DNA from: Octopus sinensis
Taxonomy: Eukaryota
Direction: 5' to 3'
Length of the DNA: 64,000 nucleotides
Assembly: GCF_006345805.1 (NCBI RefSeq)
Contig: NC_042998.1
Coordinates: 157,294,001-157,358,000, forward strand
Shown here: positions 13,152 to 26,200 of the stretch, piece after piece
How positions within the stretch are numbered: the first letter of the stretch is position 1
How the letters are laid out: the number at the start of each line of letters is the position of its first letter
Program-made: the position numbers and the translations under genes
Notes under the pieces: model-generated
Seen by the model: the letters and a program-made list of their open reading frames with translations, nothing else
Told to the model about the DNA's origin: nothing
Database searches by the model: none

Positions 13152-14429
13152 CGAGGGACGTTCAATAAGTAATGCCTCTGACCCACTTGCAGTTGTTTGA
13201 TCGAGCTGAAATTTTGCATGTGCAATCATTAATATCTCTATAGAGCAAGTGGCAAATTAATTGTGGTTTCTGATTTACAGGTGTTTGAACCGAGTCAAGT
13301 GTGAAATGGAGCCTGTTGAGTGTCGAGCAGTGATCCGGTTTTTGTATTTGAAAGGACGCACACCACGGGAGACTTTTGATGAAATGAAAATAACTTATGG
13401 TGATGATGCCCCATCATATGACCTTGTAAAACGCTGGCATCGTGAATTCAAACATGGTCGGAACTCTGTGGAAACAGCTCCCAGATTTGGTCGCCTCCTT
13501 CTGCCATTGATGAGGCATCTGTCCGTCAAGTTGAGGCTGCCATTTTGGAAGATCGACGCATAACTATTCGCCAAATAGCCCATGAGGTCAAGATTAGTAC
13601 CGGGTCTGTGGAAACTATCATTCATGACCATTTGCATATGCAAAAGGTGTCTGCCAGATGGATTCCCAGGTTGCTCACGCCTTTCCAGAAGCAAGAACGC
13701 GTCGAGTGCTCGAGGGTGAATTTGAAGATGTGCCAAGAAGATGAGTCAAAACTTTTCAAAAGACTGATTACACAGGATGAAACCTGGGTCCATCACGATG
13801 ATCCAGAAACCAAAGCCCAGTCAATGCAGTGGAAGCACCGTGACTCACCCCCTCCAAAAAAGGCAAGGGTGCAGCCCTCCGCTAGCAAGGTCATGCTCAC
13901 AGTCTTCTGGGACCAGGACGGAGTAGTGATGACAGATTTCCTGGCAAAGGGTACCACAATTGCAGGAACCTATTATGCTTCACTTTTCAGGAAATTAAGA
14001 GAAGTTATCAAAATCAAGAGGCGGGGCAAGATCAGCAAAGGCATCCTCCTCCTGCAGGACAACGCTCAGGTCCACAACTCGCTTGTCGCCAGATCAGAAG
14101 CACAGGCGTATGGCTATGAACTCCTCCCCCATCCCCCCTACTTTCCTGACCTTGCACCCTCTGATTTTCCCCTCTTCCCAGTCATGAAGTTGTTTTTGAA
14201 AGGAAAGCGTTTCCCAGATGATGCAGCCTTGATTTCTGAAGTCGCGTTCAGGTTGGAGGACCAAGCTGGGGTCTTCTACAAAAACGGTCTCCAGAGCTGC
14301 ATCAAACAATGGGAGAAATGCGTAACTCTGGGTGGTTCCTATGTAGAAAAAGACTAATAACTGTGCCAAGTTTCGTTGCTCTACTGCTATGGGAAGTGGT
14401 TCAGGGCATTACTTATTGAACGCCCCTCG
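13152..14429 (+). mobile_element. Full-length mariner DD34D transposon (irritans-like), one frameshift
   Basis: 1278 bp; ~25-bp TIRs with one mismatch; TA on both sides; transposase split by a 1-nt loss near 13495; WIPRLL, TQDETW, QDNA and YFPDLAPSD with D2-D3 spacing 34. Confidence 0.96.
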
Positions 14430-14753
14430 TATGCACACACATACAAATTTAAATATAAAATATGCGTCTTTATGACCTTTTGAAATTATTTAACCATATA
14501 TTCTAAGTGATTCTTTGGCACGTTGTATCGATAATCTAATGCAACTATGTTAAGAGGCATGATGGTAATATGCAATATTACTTTATTCAGCACATTCAGT
14601 TTTTAATGTTATTTGACGTAAGAGAATGAAATTCATTATCGGTTATTTTCTGGAAGAAATTATCGTCACAAGGAAACATATAAATAACAATCAACATTTT
14701 AAATTCACAATATCTTTCATTTATTTTATACGAAGTGATTTCTTTTTACATAC

Positions 14754-14817
14754 AGCTTTTCAAAAGTTCAGAGAAAACTCGTTCATCAAATTGATTAATG
14801 TTTAGTTTAAAAGTCTT
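14754..14817 (-). CDS. Candidate 64-nt exon (KTFKLNINQFDERVFSELLKS)
   Basis: TATTTTAG acceptor, GTATGT donor, open phase 0 to 1. Confidence 0.35.
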
Positions 14818-15253
14818 CTAAAATATTTTATTCTTTCTATCAGATAGATCCTAGTTAGTATTAATGGACATTATCTTCAACACACTTGATCTATCACAAG
14901 AAATATACATAATGAGTGTTATCTAGAAACCAATACCTTTGAAAACAGTCTTACACCCGTCTTACGTACACAGATTTATTATACATACACAAATATATCG
15001 TCTTAAAAGCGTAAATAGTCGAAGCTTTATCAGTTACTACTTTTACTCACGATTCCGTTTCTCAGAAAAGCATGTATTAAAAATGTATGTATGTATGTAT
15101 CTAAGTGCGTATGTATGTATGCATGCATGAATGCATACATTTATGCATGTATGCATGCATGTATATACGTGCGTACATACATATATCCCTCACTCCCTTC
15201 CTCTATCCATCCATCCAACCGTCCATCCATCCATCCATACACAGACACACCCG

Positions 15254-15295
<42 letters not shown>

Positions 15296-15509
15296 TACAC
15301 ACACACACACACACTGACACACACACACTGACACACACACATCTTTTATATTTATTTGCCTCAGTCATTGAATTGTGGTCATGCAAGTACCTTCAAGGGT
15401 TCTAGCCAAACAAATCAACCCTAGTATTTGTTTTAAGTTTAGAAATTATTGTGAAATTTGAAATTTTCAACTTAATTTTTTTAATTTTGAAGTCTATGAC
15501 AAAAAGGAG

Positions 15510-15559
<50 letters not shown>

Positions 15560-15968
15560 CTTTCTCTCTCGCTCTCTATTTTGTCATCTCTTTCATTTGT
15601 CGCTTTTCTCAATGTCAACTTTCTCTCTATATATAGTGTACGTGTATATTGCTCACGCTCAGTGTGTGTGTGTGTGTGTGTGTGTCACAGTGTGTATGCA
15701 TATGTGTAAGGAAATTCCTTTGGGCGAGTAATTTAAAAACGGGATGTAAAAGATAATTTATTTTAATAGCATACTTTTCTGTTAGTAAATATGTCTTTTC
15801 TTATACACACACATACACACACACGCGCGCGCAATACAAACATGCACACACACACGGAATTCTTCGTGTGGGTGGGGGTTGGAAAATAAAATTACAAAAT
15901 TCGTTTTTGTTGTTGCTTAAGTCCCACCCTTGAGTTAAAATGTGCTTGTGCAAATGTATATGCATGTG

Positions 15969-15970
<2 letters not shown>

Positions 15971-16054
<84 letters not shown>

Positions 16055-16057
16055 TGA

Positions 16058-16088
<31 letters not shown>

Positions 16089-16090
16089 CA
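15971..16090. repeat. (GA)n(TG)n compound microsatellite
   Basis: Direct reading; similar tracts at 161-237, 4555-4700, 15265-15330, 15510-15570 and 48535-48670. Confidence 0.95.
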
Positions 16091-16663
16091 AGTGTACGTG
16101 TGTATGTATCTGAATATATATGCGTCTGCTATGTTTGTTTATCAATATCGATAACGCAGCAAATGATTTCAGCTCAAATGCTGGCATTTCATTGGTTAAA
16201 ATTCGAAGAATTAAACTACGTTAAACTTACAAATTACAATTTTGTTTTCAATTTTGTTTACAATAATGTTTTCTTTTGACACATTCTACCAGTATACGAA
16301 GTTTCAAATTGTTTAGTTAACTAGAAAATTCCGTCCATCAAAAGGAAAAGATCCCAAACATCTCTAGAAAAGTCAACTTCAATCTCTACAATATTACCTT
16401 TATTTTCTCCCTGACTACCCGAAATATGCAAACATACTTTCTATTGCATTAACACAAACGCACATGGGAAAATAATAATGATACTAATAATAGATTCTTT
16501 CTGGTCGAACACAACTTCTCTATTCAGAAATAATACAGAACAGAGTAACTCGGTCCTTCCTCAATTTTTCTTAAGGTTAAGGTCACTGTTCGCTGCTAGT
16601 AGTAGTAGACCTCTTTTTGACCGATCGGACCCCATCCCATTTAAAAAAAAATTACATGAGTCA

Positions 16664-16685
16664 CACTTACTACTACTACTACTAC

Positions 16686-16763
<78 letters not shown>

Positions 16764-16786
16764 GGCTGCTGCTGCTACAACTACTG

Positions 16787-16872
<86 letters not shown>

Positions 16873-17019
16873 ACTACTGCTGCTACAACTACTGCCACTA
16901 CTCTGCTGCTGCTGTTGCTGCTACTACTGCTGCTGTTACCACTGCTGCTGCTACCACTGCTGCTGCTACCACTGCTATTGCTGTCACTACTACTACTATT
17001 GCTACCACCGCTGCTGCTG

Positions 17020-17062
<43 letters not shown>

Positions 17063-17140
17063 AACCACTGCCGCTGCTACTGCTGATAATGATATTGCTG
17101 CTGCTACAACTACTGGGGCTGCTGCTAATGATGACAAATG
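16664..17140. repeat. Compound (CTA)n/(CTG)n trinucleotide microsatellite
   Basis: Direct reading; explains the poly-L/V/Y/C ORFs in the track. Confidence 0.95.
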
Positions 17141-17229
17141 AGGCCCCTGTATGAAGACTAGTAGTTAATTTTTATTTTTTTAAATTTTATTTATTTATTT
17201 ATTTATTTATCTTTTAAATGAAAACTTAA

Positions 17230-20200
17230 TGATAATTTAACTTCACTGGAAAAGAAAATTTCTAACAGTACACCGAATTGCTTGTCCAATGGTTATACAG
17301 GAAGCGCGCCCGTCAGCTTAATGGCGAAAAATTTTCAAATAGCAGAATATCTTCCCCGAATACGAACATGGAAGGTCACTTAAACGGGATTTGTCCCAAA
17401 CTAAGCCCCCAAAGTTCACCACCACAGCGACCAGAAAATCAAAAAGGTAAAAGAACTAAAAGGAACCGGGAAGGATATAAAGAAGTAATATATGCTTATT
17501 ACTTTGCATTAAGTAGGCCAACCCAAGAGAAACACACTGCAACTCCTACAGAATTTGGAGGAGCCGGAATCCAACTAGCAGACCAAACCTGGATGAAAAC
17601 AGATTAGCAAATGTTAGAAGAGATATCTTCAGAAATACCAGACTCACAGATGCAGAATTAACCTCTATTAAAAAAGTGGTGGAGAATGACCTAAATATAA
17701 GTCAGGAAAGAAATAACGAAACTGAGGAGAGGAATGTTGGGCCACAAGCATTGACTGAAAGGCGACCATCTGCCGAAACGACTCAAGATCCTGAAGAAAA
17801 AGGAAAATATAATGACCCTAGTAAAAACAACCAGGAAAATGATGTCGAAACAGAATTTGAAGACCACATGTTTATTGAACAACACAGAAAATATATCACT
17901 GAAATGAAGCAAGAAGTTCTGAATGAGCTTGCAGTTGTAGGGCATACAACTATCAATGATAGGTAACCACTCCATAAACTCTCAAATGCACACCAACATA
18001 AAACACAAATAAAAATTGGCAACTGCGTTACACAAGAAATCATACAACAGCTAAAACCCGATCTCAATAAATTAAATGAAATTATTTACTCTGTCGCTAA
18101 GGTAATCGAAAGACGCTGTTTAACACCCAAAAAGCCAACAATACCAAATTCGAAAAGAAAATCAAACTAGAGGAGTAGAATTGAAACTGAAATTGAATCA
18201 TTGCGAAGGGAGATATCAATATTAACTGAGTTAATCTCTGGAAATGATGTAGGATCAAGAAAAGGCAGGTAGATTGTGAGAAAATATGAACTCTCAACAA
18301 AAGAAGAACTAATGTCAGCGAAAGAAACACTTAAACAAAAAGTTCAAGCAAAAGCTCAGAGAATACGCAGATTTGAGAAAAGAACCAAATTCTACAAACA
18401 AAATAAGATGTTCAAATTCAATGCAAATCATTTTACAGGGAAATAGGGAAAGAAAAAATAACCATTGAAAATCCACCTCTAATGGAAGAAGTTGAAAACT
18501 TTTGGATGGGGATCTGGAGTGATGAGAAACCATGCAATGAAAATGCAGACTGGATCAAACGCACCCAAGATGACTACAAAAATCTACAAGAACAGATATG
18601 GAAAGACATCTCAATCGCCGACCTAAGGAGGGCACTAACGAAGGCTCATAAGTGGAAATCCCCTGGTATTGAAAGAGTACCAAATTTCTGGCTCTCATCA
18701 CTCTCGTCCGCACACAAAATGTTAGTAATACTATTTAACAGTATTATGTAAGACCCGGAAAAAACACCCCATTGGATGGCAAATGGTATTACTTACCTCC
18801 TCCCCCAAAATAACAAAACGAAAGACCCAAAAAACTACCGGCCTATAACATGTTTACCTACTACCTATAAGCTTTTGACATCTATTCTAGTAGAGAAAAT
18901 ATATACGTTTATGGAAGAGAGTAACCTCTTTCCCACTGAACAAAAAGAATGCAGACGAGGTTCATACGGATGCAAAAATCAGCTCCTAATTAATCGCATG
19001 ATCCTTGAGAACTGCCATAACAAGCGCAGGAATCTCAGCTCTTCATGGATTGATTATAAAAAAGCCTTTGACAGCATACCGCATTCGTGGATTCTGAAAT
19101 CGCTGGACATTTTCAAAATATTTCCTGTGATTTCAGATTTTTTAAAGTATAATATGTCACTATGGAACACGAAGCTCCAATTGTATCATTCTAATGGAGT
19201 ATTGCGCTCAAACAATATTAGCATAAACTGTGGCATTTTCCAGGGTGACTCATTTTCACCACTAATTTTCTGCATAGCACTAATACCACTCGCAAGTGAA
19301 CTGAATAGAACAGGATATGGCTACAAAATTGACAACAGGAAAATAAGCCATCTTATTTATATGGATGATTTAAAACTATATGGCAAAGATGATGAAGAGC
19401 TTGAAGGATTATTACATACTGTGAAAGGATTCAGTGATGATATCGGGATGAAGTTTGGCCTTGAAAAGTGTGCCAAAGCCACTTTTAAGAAAAGGAAATT
19501 GGTAAAGTCTAGTTCAATCGAATTAGATGTCGAAACAGTAATAAAGGAACTTGAGCAGGAACAAACCTATGAATACCTAGGAATAAATGAAAGCCCTGGT
19601 ATCCAGCATGCAAGCATGAAAGAGAAGGTTAGGAAGGAATGTTATAGAAGAGTTCGAGCAGTCCTGAAGTCTGAGATGAATGCATATAATAAGGTGTTAG
19701 CCATAAATTCCTTAGCAGTACCAGTTGTTCTTTATAGCTTCAATGTGCTTAACTGGAATACCAGTGAAATAATGAAAATTGATAGAAAAATCCACAAGCT
19801 ACTGACTTGTAATAAGATGCACCATCCAAAGGCAGACGTGGATCGTCTTTACCTTCCCAGAGCTCAGGGAGGTCGAAGTTTGATCCAGCTTGAACTTACA
19901 TACAAAACCACCACAACCGGACTGGCCAAATACCTTGAAGCAACCAACGATTGGATGCTAAAACTTGTTGAAAAACATGAAAGACCGAAAAAACTTCACT
20001 CTATTCTCAAAGAGAACAAAAAATTCGCTGCTGATCTCTTAGATCCCCACTAGATTGATCAGGCTGAAGGAAATGCGCCAACTGCTGCCGCAAAGAAAAT
20101 AAAATTAATTGCAAAGACGAAAGCACATGAAAAATTAGCTAGCAGATGGGAACAGAAACCTCTCCATGGCTAGTATGTGGCTGATGTAGACCAGAAACAA

Positions 20201-21070
20201 ACGCACCAATGGTTGCGAAGCTCAGGGCTAAAAGCAGAGAGTGAAGGTTTCCTATTAGCTGCTCAAGACCAAAGCTTATTAACCCGGAACTACCAAGCCA
20301 ATGTGATGTGATAAAAAATGGATCTGACCCAAAATGCCGATTCTGTACAATGAGATTGAAACAATAGACCACCTAATCTCAGGGTGTAGAGTCTTAGAAC
20401 CTGCAGAATATAAAGCAAGACATGACAGAGTCGGCCAGTATTTACATTGGACAATATGTCGGCATTATAAAATCAAAACCGCCGACAAATCGTATAAACA
20501 CCATCCTGAAGCTGTGACTGAGGAAGAAAATGTGTTGATTCTATGGGACTTCCCCGTACAGACCGACAAAACTATAAAAGCTAATAAATCGGATATTATT
20601 ATAAAAGATCAGACAAAAAAGATGTGTTTATTAATTGACATGAGTATTTCTTGCGATCACAATATAGCGGCGAAATAATTTGACAAGATTAGCAAATATA
20701 AAGACTTGCTAATAGAAATAGAAAAAATGTGGCGTCTCAAGGCGACTACAGTGCCAGTGATTGTAGGATCTCTAGGAATGATAAAAAAAGGGTACTGAAA
20801 CCTATTTGAAAATGATTCCAGGTTTACCATCCCTACAGGAGGTGCAAAAAATCGTATTAACTGGAAAGGCTCATGTACTGAGAAGAGCATTATCGCTGTG
20901 AAAACAACATCCATCCATGGATTTATTTATTTATTAATTTTTAAATACATATTTTATCTGTGAATTTGCGCGTGTAATCTGGGAATGCATACAATGAGCT
21001 TCTCTGCCCTAGGTGTATGGAAAACACTCGGCGAGAAACGGAAGAAAAATTGAAGAAAGAAGGAAAAAAC
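17230..21070 (+). mobile_element. Near full-length, decayed R4/Dong-type LINE (family B)
   Basis: N-terminal YKEVIYAYY...TYRIWR...LANVRRDI region; KWKSPG; RT ORF 18776-20053 (WIDYKKAFDS, GIFQGDS, YMDD); CRFC...HLISGC knuckle, RHD and RLE; 3' UTR followed by (AAT)/(GAT)n; multiple stops and frameshifts. Confidence 0.93.
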
Positions 21071-21118
21071 ATAATAATAATAATATGGATAATGATGATG
21101 ATGATGATGACGATGATG

Positions 21119-21185
<67 letters not shown>

Positions 21186-21194
21186 CAATAATTA

Positions 21195-22900
21195 TATTAC
21201 ATCAAAACAAAAAACATGTTGCAGAAAATGTCGGTCAAGAAAAAGAAATATAATGGTAGTGACAAAAGAAAAGAGCCATGGTGGAAAAGAAGAATTCAGG
21301 TGGGGTTAGATATGCTCTCGAAGGACATTTCTGTGTAGACCGAAAAGAGAAGGGGGAGCTTAAAAGCGAATAAAAATACAAGGCACTGAACAGGAAATAT
21401 GATATTGAAAGAAAGGGCCTGAAAGTAGTAATAGAGGAACTGAAACAGCGCCTCGTTGCAAAGAAAGCATAGATAGTAAGATACGACCAAAGAATGACGT
21501 GATACCAGCAGAATAGGTTATTCAGAGTAGATTAGAAGATATTCTACAAAGAAATAAATAGAGAGTATACAGATGAAGAGTGTACAGATAGCAGTGAGAG
21601 TGTACACATAAATGAAGGGTGTACAAATATCATTGAAAGGTTTTGGTGTGACATCTGGAGCAAAGACAAGGAGCACAAGAAGGATACTGAATAGCTGCAA
21701 GAACTGAAACAAGCAGTAGTCTGTCCCAAACAGACAGAACTAGTCATTTCAGTCGGGGGAAGTGAAGGAAATCAACAAAAAATAGGCAACTGGTAGCCTC
21801 CAGGACCAGATGGAGTTCAAGGCTACTGGATCAAAAGATTTGGCGAATTCTCTGCACGAATAGCTGCACAACTCAACACCTTGTTGAATGGATACCAAGT
21901 AACACCAGAGTGGTTGACAATGGGTAGGATAATGCTGTGCTTGAAAAACACCGAAGAAGGCAATGCAGTAGACAATTACAGGCCGATATCCTGCTTGCCT
22001 CTTATGTGGAAGTTATTGCCTGGAATAGACGTAGAGTAAATGTATGGACATCTGGTAAAAATGGAGTCCTGCCACATGAGCAGAAGGGTTGCTAGCATAA
22101 GTGCAGAGGTACCAAGGATCAACTCCTTGTAGACAAAACTGTACTTAGAGACTGCAAGTGGAGGAAAAGTAACTTATCCATGTCATGGATCGATTATCGT
22201 AAAGCTTACTAATGATACCACAGTTTTGGATTATGGAATATATGAACCTGTTTGGTATTGCATCGAATGTTGAGCGATTGCTTGGAAAAAGTGTGGGGAA
22301 GTGGAGGACGGAACTGACAGCATATGGAAGACGTTTAGGGACAGTAGAAATCAGGAGAGGCATCTTCTAAGGGGATAGCCTGTCCTCACTGATCTTTGTA
22401 CTGTGCATGATACTATTAACACTGATTCTGAGGAAAGTAAATGCTGGGTATGTATTCAAGAGCCGCCAACAAAACATCAACTACTTGTTATTCATGGATG
22501 ACATCATACTTTATGGTAAAAAGGAATCATTGATACGGTGTATACCTTCAGTGCTGATATCAGAATGGAGTTCGGACTGAAAAAATGTGGTGTGTTAGTC
22601 TTGAAAAGAGGCAAAATCAAATGTAGCGATATTGTCGGGGAGGTTATGAAGCAGATCGAAGAGACGGACTGTGAGTACTTGTGGATATTGCAAATGGATA
22701 AATTGATGGAGAAAGAAATGACAGAAAAATTTAAGGTGGTGTATTTACGCAGACCGAGACTGATCTTTAAGTCGAAATTAAACGGACGGAATAAAATTGA
22801 AGCTTCCAACACCTAGGCTGTGTCACTCCTTAGATATGGAGCAGGAGTAATCGCATGGACAGTAGACGAACTAAACAACTTAGACTTATGTGGAAATTAT
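21195..22900 (+). mobile_element. Decayed R4/Dong-type LINE RT fragment (family C)
   Basis: [49 protein letters not shown] and LFMDD motifs with many lesions; starts at an (AAT)n tract. Confidence 0.85.
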
Positions 22901-22918
22901 TGACTGGAATAGTCGTAG

Positions 22919-22995
22919 AGTCATGATCTGTATACTGGGCTTTGTATATTTTACCCCAGTGTCTCTTTGACGGCATGCACTGCTCTCTCACTCAA
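22919..22995 (+). mobile_element. 3' end of the ~550-bp non-coding (TAA)n-associated element
   Basis: GTCATGAT...TATACTGGGCT..GTATATTTTACCCCAGTGTC.CTTTGA.GGCATGCACTGCTCTCTCACTCAATA matches the 3' ends near 61400-61467 and 63120-63191. Confidence 0.8.
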
Positions 22996-23011
22996 TATTA
23001 TTAATCGTAAT

Positions 23012-23185
23012 TATCCTTTCTACCATAGGCACAAAGCCTAAGACTTTTGAGGTTGAAGTTAGTCGATTACATCAACACCAGCATATAAATGGAACTTAAT
23101 TCATCGACCCCGAAAGGATGACATGCAAAGTCAACTCCAGCCGGATTTGGACTCAGACCGTAAAGACGGTTGAAGTGCCTTTTCG
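23012..23185 (-). mobile_element. tRNA-derived SINE, diverged
   Basis: ATCGACCCCGAAAGGATGA...GCAAAGTCAAC and GTCGATTACATC motifs, the reverse complement of the SINE at 46140. Confidence 0.7.
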
Positions 23186-23276
23186 CTCAATAATAAACTG
23201 TAGGAATAATATTTCTTGAAAATATACGTAATAAGTAGGGACGTGTTCTCTCTCCCTCTCTCTCACATACACACAC

Positions 23277-23325
<49 letters not shown>

Positions 23326-23439
23326 CCCTCTGTTATCCTCACCCTCTCTCCACACACAAACTCTACTATATAATCCATATGTAATTTGCTGAACTGTATA
23401 TCTGTACAAGCTTATACACACGCACACGCGCACGCACAA

Positions 23440-23475
<36 letters not shown>

Positions 23476-23481
<6 letters not shown>

Positions 23482-24734
23482 GTAAAGAGTGAAAAAACGA
23501 CAGAATGCTTAAATGTTAAAAAATATATATATTTGCGTCAATATGTCTGAACAATATTAGAAAATTTTTTAAACAAATTTTTTTTCCTTTATAATGACAT
23601 AATTTTTAAAGAAAGACCGGTTTCGCATTTAGCTTTTCAAATTTCTTGTGACGTTATGTTTATGTTTAATAGAGTTATCCTTGTGTTTAAGCTCCGGAGA
23701 GTTCTAAATAAGGGAAGGTAGTGGGTGATTTCTTCCGGTGTAAGAGAGATAATCGCTTAAAATTTTTTTTTCCTTTCCCTTAATGTGAATTTCTCTGTAT
23801 CAGTATGTTCGGATGGTTGAGTCTGGGCTTGTACTTTTCAATGAAGAATGTTTCCTTGTTTAGTCTAATTTGTGTTGATGATCCGAAAGCACATTGGTAA
23901 AATGGAAAGATTAAAAATTGTGGTAGTAGTTGCTTTGCGCATTTCTCAATGTGCTCACTAAAAGGTATCATTCTATATTCTGAGAATGCAATCTGTTGTC
24001 GATGCAGTGTGCATCTACATCTGAGTGATAGTCCCGTCGAATCCACGTAGTCTTGGTGGCAGCCCGAGCATTTTATGACATAAATTATGTTTTCAGAGGC
24101 ACAAGTAAAGTTAGATTTGATCTTGAATTTCTGTCCCTCTTTAAAGAGGAATTCTGATCCTTCTAGCAGGTTAGGACATGTTGCACAGTTCGATCTACCA
24201 CATTTTTTTACTTTTGCATCCGTAATTTCAGAAGACAATTTTGCCTTTGTGAGAATCTTTTTTAAGTGATTTAGGCTGTTTGTAGCTTTTAATGATTTGG
24301 TGTATGTTTAGAATTTCCTTTAACTTGGGGTTTTTATGAAGTATTGGTAAATTCTGGGTGATGATGGTGAAGGCTTCTTTGTATCTGGGGTTGTATGTAG
24401 ATATGTAAGGTAGTATTTTCGGGGAAGGTGTGTTGTTGTGTTGAACTTTTCTTAAAGTTTCTATGTTGATTTCTGTTGCACGTCTGATCCCATCCTCTAT
24501 GAGTTGAGCTGGGTAATGTCTGTCAATTAGGGTGTTTTTGAGTTCTTGCAGTCTATAGTTCCTGGTATTTTGTTCTGACACTATTGTGCATATCCTTCTT
24601 TAAAAATTATGTCATTATAAAGGAAAAAATATTTGTTTAAAAAATTTTCTAATATTCTTCAGACATATTGACGCAACTATATATATTTTTTAACATTTAA
24701 GCCTTCTGTCGTTTTTTCACTCTTTACTATTTTT
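23476..24734 (-). mobile_element. 5'-truncated Penelope-like element (Neptune-type) with GIY-YIG endonuclease and ~138-bp inverted terminal segments
   Basis: ORFs 24228-24581 and 23780-24238 (one frameshift): thumb region, Cys-rich linker KCGRSNCATC, NIIYVIKCSGCHQDYV, R...H. Inverted repeat 23476-23613 / 24596-24734; (TA)n tracts on both sides. Confidence 0.9.
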
Positions 24735-24770
24735 TATATATTCACCCACGTGCTTTCACAAACCAACCTT

Positions 24771-24834
<64 letters not shown>

Positions 24835-24835
<1 letters not shown>

Positions 24836-25190
24836 ATCGTGGCACTCCGTCGGTTACGATGATGCGAGTTCCAGCCGATCCGATCAACGGAACACCTGCT
24901 CGTGAAATTAACGTGCAAGTGGTTGAGCATTCTACAGACACGTGTACCCTTAACGTAGTTCTCGGGGAAATTCAGCGTGACAGAGCGTGGCAACACTGGC
25001 CCTTTGGAATACAGGTACAACAGAAACAGGAAGAAAGTGTGAGAGAAAGTTGTGGTGAAAGGAGTACAGCAGGTTTCCCCCCCCCGCCCAGCCGAAGCCT
25101 CGTGGAGCTTTCGGTATTTTCGCTCAATAAACTCTCACAACGATCCTATGAGTGTAAGTCTGCTGCCCTAATCACTTGGCCATTGCATCT
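24835..25190 (-). mobile_element. tRNA-derived SINE (second family)
   Basis: A-box-like GCAATGGCCAAGTGATTAGGGCAGC head at the right end; body ending ...CCGACGGAGTGCCAC next to a (TA)n tract. Confidence 0.7.
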
Positions 25191-25486
25191 CCACGTATAT
25201 ATGTGTAGGTATAATATATATATGTGATATTTATATGTTTGGGCTTGTGTAACAGGTGAGCAAGAAAGTAGATTTAAACGCTATTACCTTCAAGTTATTT
25301 CATTTCTATTTGACGAGTTTTAATAATGCACAGAAAGACATGCATTAAAACTTTAAATATCAGTCGAATCTATTGCTTTGAGCCGTACCTTTTACAATGT
25401 TCCTTTTAAGAGAAATCAATGTCGGTATTTAACAAATTCTGTGATGAAACTCAAATGTTTGTTCGTTTTATATACTTATATGTATG

Positions 25487-25551
<65 letters not shown>

Positions 25552-25578
25552 CACATATATATATTGTGTATATGTATG

Positions 25579-25610
<32 letters not shown>

Positions 25611-25669
25611 GTGTGTATATATATACATATATTTATATGTATATATGTTTATATATATACATATACACA

Positions 25670-25955
25670 CATGGTTCTGTGTTCACCCTGAACGATTTTC
25701 TACTCCTGCTAGAGCCTCTGGCGGACGAAAACGTGTGTATGTATGTGTGTCTCTCTGTGCGTGTGTGTATCTTTGCATAAGATCTTGTCCATCACAACAA
25801 CTTGACTTGTATACATAGCGGTTCGGTAAAATATTCTGATAGAGTAAATATCAGGCTTAAAAAATCTACTGGCGTCGGTTCGTTCGACTAAAATTTTCCA
25901 AGGCGATGCCACAGCATGGTCGCAATCTAGTGACTGAAACAAGTAAAAGATAAAA
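25670..25955 (+). mobile_element. tRNA-derived SINE (third family), diverged
   Basis: GCGGTTCGG.AAAA...GATAGAGTAA...TTCGACTAAAA...CAGCATGG.CGCA...GACTGAAACAAGTAAAAGA tail; related copy at 41420-41600. Confidence 0.65.
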
Positions 25956-26200
25956 GATTAAAAAAATGTACCGCACAAGCGTGGCTGTGTGATAAAAGGA
26001 TTGCTTTCAAATTACTGAAGCAAATAATAGGTAAAAGATACATGAATATATTTATCTGATGTCTTTCTCGATCATCCCTATATCGTTCTATCTTCGAGTT
26101 TCTCTTTCTACTTCATAGTTACTCTCTCTCTCTCTCTTTCTCTCTCTCTGTTTATCTCTTTTCCCCTCTCATGCACCTTCCCGTTAAGATTAATACATAC

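Noticed and set aside
13141-14442. GCACACACATA on both sides of the mariner, suggesting a long target duplication
   Set aside because: Low-complexity CA-type sequence; the canonical TA duplication is sufficient.
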